DNA of 64,000 bases, taken from contig OZ253375.1 of assembly GCA_965261005.1 (NCBI GenBank), positions 1,824,001 to 1,888,000 on the forward strand. The letters are read 5' to 3'. Numbering within the stretch: the first letter of the stretch is position 1; every line of letters begins with the position of its first letter. Positions 52,710 to 64,000 of this stretch are shown in pieces. The position numbers and the translations under genes are program-made. Below the pieces are notes generated by a model. That model made no database searches. It was given only the letters and a program-made list of their open reading frames with translations, and was not told where the DNA came from. Source of the DNA: Deinococcus sp. GTDB taxonomy: Bacteria > Deinococcota > Deinococci > Deinococcales > Deinococcaceae.

Positions 52710-53115
52710 GGTCCTCTCCTTGTCCGGGCAGCCCGTCCGGGGCGCTCACGTTGCCGGCGGCGCCGCTGTTCGCGTTGCGGTCGTCCCACGAGCCGGCCTG
52801 AGCGCCCGCCCCGCTGCGCAGCGAGCGGTCCTCGGTGGTACCGCCCACGTCGCCCGAGCCGCGCGCCACATACTGGTCGGTCGTGCCGTCCCGGTTGGGC
52901 ACCGGAACTTGAGGGTCCTCACGCCCCCCTTCCCGACTATTGGCTTCGCGAATCTCGGCGCCGCTCAGCTCGGGTTCGGGCCGGTCGCGCGGCGCGCTCA
53001 TGCCCGAGGTGGTGTCCTGGGTGTCGCCCAGCAAGTCCGGGCTGGTGCCGCCGGTGATGTCCGGCTCGGCCGCTCGCGTATCTTGGGGTTCTGAATCCCG
53101 GTCGTTCATGATCAC
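52702..53115 (-). CDS. Acidic Gly-rich hydrophilic protein
   Basis: 137 aa of low complexity; GGAGG SD; GTGA overlap with the upstream gene. Confidence 0.75.
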   Translation of the reverse strand: MIMNDRDSEPQDTRAAEPDITGGTSPDLLGDTQDTTSGMSAPRDRPEPELSGAEIREANSREGGREDPQVPVPNRDGTTDQYVARGSGDVGGTTEDRSLRSGAGAQAGSWDDRNANSGAAGNVSAPDGLPGQGEDHD

Positions 53116-53399
53116 GCCTCCGCTTGCCGAATCGCCGCCGGTTGGGCCTCTGGGTTTTGGGTCATGGCACCTTGACGAAACTCGTCCTCGCTTTTGCTGA
53201 GGTACAGCGCCCCGCCCTCCACGCGCCCGACCCAGTGCAACGGAATCCAGCGGTGCTGGCCGCTGGGGGAGTCTTTGCGGGTCAGCTTGACGTAGTTGCC
53301 TTCGAGGTGGTCCACGGTGCCGACTTGGACGCTGCCCGCCCCCCGGGAAGCGAGCACCGCCTGGTGTTCGCGAATCTGGTCGCTGATTTGGCTATTCAT
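53112..53399 (-). CDS. DUF2171 family protein
   Basis: IREH..V, VGTVDHLEG..KLTRKDS and HRWIPLHWV. Confidence 0.85.
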   Translation of the reverse strand: MNSQISDQIREHQAVLASRGAGSVQVGTVDHLEGNYVKLTRKDSPSGQHRWIPLHWVGRVEGGALYLSKSEDEFRQGAMTQNPEAQPAAIRQAEA

Positions 53400-53547
53400 G
53401 CCATATTCTTGGCGCCCCAGCGCCGTGATGGGTGTGCGGCGTGTCCAGCGCCTTTGAGGCACAATTCAAGGATCAAGAGAAGGTGAAGTCCGGCGGCTGG
53501 TGCCCGTCCGCACGCTCTCCCCGGGCCGTTCGGGCTAGCCTACGGAC

Positions 53548-54465
53548 GTGAACGCCCCAAGTTCTCCCGTTTCGGGCCGCCCTTTCCTGGGACTCGGCGC
53601 CGCCCTGGTCACCATTTTGTTCTGGGCGTCGGCGTTCGCGGGAATTCGCGCCGGACTGAACGCCTTTTCCCCGGGGCACCTGACCCTCTACCGTTTTTTG
53701 GTGGCCTCCCTGGCACTGGGCGGCTACGCCGTGGCCGCGCGCTTGAGACCGCCCACTTGGCCCGACTCGGCGCGCGTGTTCGGGGTGTCGCTGCTCGGCA
53801 TCACGGCCTACCACCTCGCGCTCAACTTCGGCGAGCTGAGCGTGCCGGCGGGCACGGCCAGCCTGATCATCGCGGCGGGGCCGACCATCACGGCGCTGCT
53901 GTCGAGCGCCCTCTTGAACGACCGCCTCGCCCCGCTGGGCTGGCTAGGCAGCTTGGTGAGCCTGGGCGGCGTGGCCCTGATCGTGCTGGGGCGGAATCAG
54001 GGCGTCTCCTTTACGGGGGGCGCCCTGCTGATCTTGTTCGCGGCCTTGGTGACCAGCTTGTACTTCGTGTTGCAGCGCCCGCTGGTGGCTCGCCTCGGGG
54101 CGCTGCGCTTCACGGTCTACAGTCTGCTGCTGGGCACCCTGCCGCTGCTCGCCTTTGTGCCCGGCTTCGGCGCGCAACTCCGCGCCGCGCCGCTGGGCGC
54201 CCATTTGGCCGTCATCTACATCGGCCTCTTTCCGGCGGCGCTGGCCTACGTCACCTGGACCTACGCCCTCTCAACAATGGGGCCGAGCCGCACAACCAGC
54301 TTTTTGTACGTCTCGCCGGTGCTGGCCATTCTGATCGCTTGGGCGTGGCTGGGCGAGGTGCCGGCCCCCCTCAGCTTGGTCGGCGGAACCGTCGCCCTGC
54401 TGGGCGTGGTGCTGGTGAACACGCTGGGCAAGCCGCGCGCCGCGCCGGCGGGCCGGGCCGCGTGA
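53548..54465 (+). CDS. DMT/EamA family transporter
   Basis: About 10 TM helices; FWASAF and duplicated EamA pattern. Confidence 0.92.
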   Translation: MNAPSSPVSGRPFLGLGAALVTILFWASAFAGIRAGLNAFSPGHLTLYRFLVASLALGGYAVAARLRPPTWPDSARVFGVSLLGITAYHLALNFGELSVPAGTASLIIAAGPTITALLSSALLNDRLAPLGWLGSLVSLGGVALIVLGRNQGVSFTGGALLILFAALVTSLYFVLQRPLVARLGALRFTVYSLLLGTLPLLAFVPGFGAQLRAAPLGAHLAVIYIGLFPAALAYVTWTYALSTMGPSRTTSFLYVSPVLAILIAWAWLGEVPAPLSLVGGTVALLGVVLVNTLGKPRAAPAGRAA

Positions 54466-55979
54466 GCGCGCCCGAGCAGGTCACTTCGCCGGAACCGCGA
54501 ACCGGGCCGGCCATCACCCTGAGGGACGTCTCGGTTCAGCTCGGCGGCGCCCGGATTCTGCACGGGGTGAACCTGGAGGTGGGGCGTGGTGAGTTGCTGG
54601 CCCTGATCGGCCCGTCGGGGGGCGGCAAGAGCACGCTGCTGCGGGTGATCGGCGGCCTGTTGCGCCCGGGCGCGGGCGAGGTGCGCGTGGACGCGCCGCC
54701 CGCCTTTGTGTTTCAGGACTACCGTCTGCTGCCGTGGCGCAGCGTGCTGAGCAACGTCAACCTGCCGCGCCAAATCGCCGGGCACGGCCCCGTCAAGCGC
54801 GGCCTGGAGGCGCGCGAGGCCCTCGCGCAGGTCGGCATGCAGAACTTCGCGGCCCTCTACCCAGCCCAACTGTCGGGGGGCATGCGCGCCCGCGTGGCCT
54901 TGGCGCGCGCGCTCGCCCAATCGAGCGACGTACTGCTGCTCGACGAACCCTTCGCGGCCCTCGACGCCCTGGTGCGCGAGCGCTTCAACGACGAGCTGCT
55001 GCACCTGCACGATAAGGCCGGCCTGACCACGGTCCTGGTCACCCACTCGATTCGCGAGGCGGTCTACCTGGCCGACCGGGTGGCGGTCATGCGGGACGGC
55101 GCGGTGCTGCGCGTCCTCGACACCCGCCGCGCCGGCCGCCTGAGCGCCTACACCGACGGCTTGGAGGCCGAGCTGCGCGCCTTGCTGGGCGAGGGGAACA
55201 GCACGGCGGTGCTGCCGCTGCCGAAAACGCACTTCGGCTGGGCCGGCCTGCTCGCGCCCCTGCTCGCCGTGCTGCTGGCCCTGCTGGCGTGGCAACTCTT
55301 CGCCGCGCGGCTCGGCGCCCCCTACCTGTTGCCCACGCCGGCGGCGGTGTGGGGCGCCCTCGTGAGCGGCCGGGCGGAGCTGTTCGCCGCGCTGCTCGCC
55401 ACCCTGCGGACGACCGTGCTGGGCGCCCTGCTGGGCGGCGCGCTGGGCGCGCTGATCGGCTATCCCCTCGCCAAGCTGCCCTGGCTGGAGCGTTTGCTCT
55501 CGCCCTTTGTCGTCGCGTCGCAGAGCACGCCCATCGTGGTACTGGCCCCGCTGCTGATCATCTGGCTGGGTTTTGGGGCGCTGCCGGGGATCGTGGTGTC
55601 GGCCCTGAGCGCCTTTTACCCCGTGATGGTCTCGGTGCTGGTCGGCGTGCGCGAGGTGGAGGCGACTTACCAGGAACTCTTTTCCAGCTTGCGCGCCACG
55701 CCCACGCAACGCCTCCGGTGGCTGGACTTGCCGGGCGCCTTGCCGGTGATGCTGGGCGGTCTACGCCTCTCGCTGAGCCTCGCCTTGATCGGCGCCGTCG
55801 TGTGGGAGTTCGTGTCCAACCAGCGCGGCCTGGGCTTTTTGGTCAGCCAAGCGGGCGCGTACTACGACTCGTCGCGCAAGTTTGCCGCCATTCTCCTCCT
55901 GATCGCGCTGGGCGTCCTGCTGTACAGCTTGGTCACGGCGCTGGAGCGGCGGGCGCTGCGGCGGCGCGGGCGGCTTTGA
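54462..55979 (+). CDS. Fused ABC ATPase + permease (NitT/TauT/SsuBC type)
   Basis: [13 protein letters not shown] and DEPFAALD, then [15 protein letters not shown] and GAVVWEF in one frame; GTGA overlap with the DMT gene. Confidence 0.9.
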   Translation: MSAPEQVTSPEPRTGPAITLRDVSVQLGGARILHGVNLEVGRGELLALIGPSGGGKSTLLRVIGGLLRPGAGEVRVDAPPAFVFQDYRLLPWRSVLSNVNLPRQIAGHGPVKRGLEAREALAQVGMQNFAALYPAQLSGGMRARVALARALAQSSDVLLLDEPFAALDALVRERFNDELLHLHDKAGLTTVLVTHSIREAVYLADRVAVMRDGAVLRVLDTRRAGRLSAYTDGLEAELRALLGEGNSTAVLPLPKTHFGWAGLLAPLLAVLLALLAWQLFAARLGAPYLLPTPAAVWGALVSGRAELFAALLATLRTTVLGALLGGALGALIGYPLAKLPWLERLLSPFVVASQSTPIVVLAPLLIIWLGFGALPGIVVSALSAFYPVMVSVLVGVREVEATYQELFSSLRATPTQRLRWLDLPGALPVMLGGLRLSLSLALIGAVVWEFVSNQRGLGFLVSQAGAYYDSSRKFAAILLLIALGVLLYSLVTALERRALRRRGRL

Positions 55980-56155
55980 GTGGGACAAGGTGATCTGCTG
56001 ATTAGGGCGAGGTGCGAGACTCTGCCCGCCGTTCGTTCACGGCGAGTTCCCGTTGCTCAGGCTCGTGTTCACCAGGCTGCTGTGGCTGGCCGGCACGCGC
56101 GCCGAGAGACGAATCCTGCCCTTGTCAACTTCTGGTAATGCCGTAGAGTTGTACT

Positions 56156-56548
56156 ATGAAGATAAGACTGACGCTGGGAGCGTATCTTGAGCGGCACGAC
56201 ATCAGCGCGTACCGGGTCGTCAAGGAAAGCCGGGGCAAGCTCGCCCAAAACACCGTCTACGCGATGGCGCGCAAGCCGGCTCAGCGCGTGGATTTGGACA
56301 CGATAGGGGAAGTGTTGACGGCTTTAGAGCGCATCCAGGGACAACCTGTGGGCATCATGGACGTGCTGGACGTACAAGAAAAACCTGACGAGGTGGACGC
56401 CGAGACGCGGGCTTGGATGGACAGCGACCTTTCGCGCCTCGGCGAAATCGAGCCTTACGATTGGGGCGACCAAGACCCGAATACCCTCGGGCAGCCCGTG
56501 ACCGTCACGCCGGATGGCCGCGTGGTGATCGGGAAGGCGGAGGATTGA
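56156..56548 (+). CDS. HTH-containing putative antitoxin
   Basis: N-terminal Cro/XRE-like HTH and acidic tail; overlaps a PemK toxin; leaderless (TAGAGT). Confidence 0.8.
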   Translation: MKIRLTLGAYLERHDISAYRVVKESRGKLAQNTVYAMARKPAQRVDLDTIGEVLTALERIQGQPVGIMDVLDVQEKPDEVDAETRAWMDSDLSRLGEIEPYDWGDQDPNTLGQPVTVTPDGRVVIGKAED

Positions 56549-56904
56549 AGCCCGGCGATGTGTTTATCGCGCGCTTTCCACAGCACCTGCCAGGCGGACA
56601 CGAGCAAGAGGGCGTGAGGCCCGCGGTCGTCGTGGGCTTGCCAAAAGGCTTGGGTAAGCCGCGTTTCCCCGTGGTGTTCCTTACGCCGCTCACATCACAT
56701 AGAGGACAGCCTTGGGCAAAGGGCGCGCCGACGCTCTATCCGGTTCTGTCTTCGGGAACCGCCGGCCTGCCCACCGCCTCCGTTGTCCTCGCGGACCAAA
56801 CGCGCCCGCTCGACACGTCGCGCCTCGCGCGCTACCTGGGCACCCTGACGCCCACCGAGTTCGCGCCGCTGCAAACGGCGTTGCGGAACATATTCGGATT
56901 GTGA
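56545..56904 (+). CDS. PemK/MazF family toxin
   Basis: GHEQEGVRPAVVV, PLTS and SVVLADQTR. Confidence 0.92.
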   Translation: MKPGDVFIARFPQHLPGGHEQEGVRPAVVVGLPKGLGKPRFPVVFLTPLTSHRGQPWAKGAPTLYPVLSSGTAGLPTASVVLADQTRPLDTSRLARYLGTLTPTEFAPLQTALRNIFGL

Positions 56905-57013
56905 AAGGAAAAGAAGAGGGACATGGCGCGCGATCTTCACCGCCGTGCGAAGACGCTAAACGTGCAAAGGAGGTCGGCGGTCATGCCAGGGCTGACATCG
57001 GGCGCCTTGGCGG

Positions 57014-57030
57014 GTATATACTGTATACAC
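57014..57030 (+). promoter_or_regulatory. Probable vapBC operator
   Basis: GTATATAC-T-GTATACAC near-palindrome just before the SD. Confidence 0.6.
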
Positions 57031-57043
57031 AGGAGGGCAACCC

Positions 57044-57265
57044 ATGCGTTCGAAGGTTTTCAAAAGCGGTAATTCTCAGGCCGTCCGCATTCCTCAAGAG
57101 CTTGCTCTTCCCCAAGGAGAAGTTGAGATCGAAAGGCGTGGGCGTCAGTTGGTCATCACGCCGGTGACACCCATCAGCGGTGGCGCTCTATTTGACTTGC
57201 TCGCCGCTGTGGAAGGTCCAATAGAGCGTGAGCCGCTTGACTTACAAGAGCGCGACTGGACATGA
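57044..57265 (+). CDS. vapB: VapB antitoxin (AbrB fold)
   Basis: KVFKSGNSQAVRIP. Confidence 0.93.
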   Translation: MRSKVFKSGNSQAVRIPQELALPQGEVEIERRGRQLVITPVTPISGGALFDLLAAVEGPIEREPLDLQERDWT

Positions 57266-57663
57266 GTCTTTATCAACTTGATACAAACATTTGTATTTAT
57301 GTCATGAATCAGCGTCCAGCCAGCGTACGGCTTCACATGGACCACATGTCGCCGGGAAGCCTGTACATCAGCACCGTCACTCAGCACGAGCTGATGTATG
57401 GCGCGCTCAACAGCCAAAGACCAAGCGAGAATATAGAAAGGTTGACGGCTTTCCTGGAAGCAATGTCCATCTACACCTTCGATTCGGACGCTGCTGAGCA
57501 GTCGGCACGGATCCGGCAAATCCTGAAGAGCACCGGAAAGCTTATCGGCGGTCTGGACCTCTTGATTGCTGGGCACGCCTTGAGCTTGGACGCAACATTG
57601 GTCACCAACAACACCCGTGAATTCGAGCGCGTTCCCGATCTCAAACTGGAAAACTGGGCGTAA
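57262..57663 (+). CDS. vapC: VapC PIN-domain toxin
   Basis: LDTNICIY, DLLIAGHA and VTNNTREFERV. Confidence 0.95.
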   Translation: MSLYQLDTNICIYVMNQRPASVRLHMDHMSPGSLYISTVTQHELMYGALNSQRPSENIERLTAFLEAMSIYTFDSDAAEQSARIRQILKSTGKLIGGLDLLIAGHALSLDATLVTNNTREFERVPDLKLENWA

Positions 57664-57687
57664 AAGAACCGGACAAAGCCCGCTCTT

Positions 57688-62763
<5,076 letters not shown>

Positions 62764-62883
62764 GGCGGCATTCTACGCGCGGGACAGAACGAGGGGAGTG
62801 ATGGGAGGGCTTGACGAATTTTGAAATACGCATTTCCAACACACTCCGCTATAACCCTTGAGTAATATAGGGAGGCTAGAGGC

Positions 62884-63297
62884 GTGGCTCAAGAACGCTG
62901 GCGGGTGGACTTCTACGAGGATGATGACGGCACGCGGCCCGTCCAGCAATACTTACAGACGTTGGAAAACGGAGAGAAAAAACGTTTTCGTGCCCGTGTG
63001 GAGATGCTTGAGCAAAAGGGCACGTGGCTTGGGCGCCCCGTGGTGGATTTTCTGGAGGACAACCTGTGGGAACTGCGCTTGGAAAAATCACCTCACAACC
63101 CCAGAATTTTGTTCTGCGCTTTGGTCGGGAGGCGCCTTGTCCTCCTCCACGGCTTCTCAAAAACCGGACGGGCAAGCGACAAAGTGCCGGAGGCGGAAAA
63201 GCGTATTGCGCGGAAGAGGCGCGAACAAGAAGAGGCCCGTGAAGCCGAGCGTGAGCGACAAGGCAATGCTGCCCTCAAAACAAAAGGAAAGAGGTAA
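62884..63297 (+). CDS. RelE/HigB (Gp49-like) toxin
   Basis: WRVDFY, LWELR, RILF and LLHGFSK; GGAGG SD. Confidence 0.9.
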   Translation: MAQERWRVDFYEDDDGTRPVQQYLQTLENGEKKRFRARVEMLEQKGTWLGRPVVDFLEDNLWELRLEKSPHNPRILFCALVGRRLVLLHGFSKTGRASDKVPEAEKRIARKRREQEEAREAERERQGNAALKTKGKR

Positions 63298-63686
63298 TGT
63301 CTGTGACCGGAAACGTTTTGGAGTGGCTCGATAGCGTCATTCCCGACACGCCCGAAATGCGGGCCATCGAGCGCGAGGAGCGCGCCCTGATTGGCCTGGC
63401 CCGCACGCTGCGCCTCGCCCGTGAGCGCGCCGGCCTGACGCAAAAGGAACTCGCGCGGCGGCTGGGCGTGTCGCAGGCGCAGATCAGCAAGTGGGAAAAC
63501 GTCAACGCCAACCACACCGTGCAGAGCATTCTGAAGTACCTGGCCGGTCTCGGCGGGGAGAACGCGGCGGAGCTGGTGCTGGCCGTCAAGGCGCCGAACG
63601 GCGACTACCTGCCCGTCACGCCCGCCGCCGAGCGGGCCGTGTTTCTCCGGGAGAACGTCAACCGTCAATTGGTCGAGAAAGCGTAA
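63297..63686 (+). CDS. HigA-like XRE HTH antitoxin
   Basis: RERAGLTQKELARRLGVSQAQISKWE; TAATG overlap with the toxin. Confidence 0.9.
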   Translation: MSVTGNVLEWLDSVIPDTPEMRAIEREERALIGLARTLRLARERAGLTQKELARRLGVSQAQISKWENVNANHTVQSILKYLAGLGGENAAELVLAVKAPNGDYLPVTPAAERAVFLRENVNRQLVEKA

Positions 63687-64000
63687 CTACACCGTCAGCA
63701 GGCGCAATTCCGGAAAAGCCCGCGCGTAGCGGCGCGCGTCCAGCGTGAAGAAGGCGTCCGCCCGCGCCATAGCGTGCGCGCCGACGATGAAATCGGCCAG
63801 AATGCGCCGGGGCAGCCCCGCCTGCGTGCGCCGCCGCTGGGCGTAGTCGGCATACGCTTGGCCGGCGCGTTCCCACAAGGCGAGCGGCGTCTCAGGCTCC
63901 AGAATGACGCCCGTCCGGCCGAACAGTTCGCCCAGATAAGCCGGCGTGACGCCGTCACCGCCCAACAGTTCGGCGTAGGCCGCGCCGCACATCACCAAGC
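63687..64000 (-). CDS. PIN-domain (VapC-like) toxin, 5' end outside window
   Basis: YAEL, RRILADFIVGAHA and TLD..RY...FPEL. Confidence 0.85.
   Translation of the reverse strand, partial: LVMCGAAYAELLGGDGVTPAYLGELFGRTGVILEPETPLALWERAGQAYADYAQRRRTQAGLPRRILADFIVGAHAMARADAFFTLDARRYARAFPELRLLTV

Noticed and set aside
53757..54461. N-terminal extension of the fused ABC protein
   Set aside because: Alternative frame of the EamA gene; the real start is the GTG at 54462

Overview
High-GC chromosomal window from a Deinococcota bacterium, most likely Deinococcaceae (judged from the 16S sequence, a PprM-type cold-shock protein and many leaderless genes with a TANNNT -10 box). Most of it is housekeeping and transport genes: phoU, a liv-type ABC cluster, pdxY, rpoZ-coaBC-argR, folE, purA, a UbiD-family decarboxylase, an unlinked 16S rRNA gene and dnaE. 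The main points of interest are: (1) a phototrophy-type module with an 88-aa unknown protein, a DTG-motif microbial rhodopsin carrying a helix-B His, and Blh; (2) two candidate leader-peptide attenuators missed by the ORF track, one before corA and a double uORF before a RIO1 kinase-DinB-histidine phosphatase cluster; (3) an FMN riboswitch on an orphan NMT1-type binding protein; (4) a LAGLIDADG intein in dnaE next to a low-GC extein patch, with four toxin-antitoxin loci around dnaE; (5) an IS4 element with a 10-bp target duplication splitting a mosaic NPCBM lipoprotein; (6) two small repeat elements with permuted modules; (7) several probable pseudoenzymes and single-lesion pseudogenes. All calls come from reading motifs by eye; no database searches were run.
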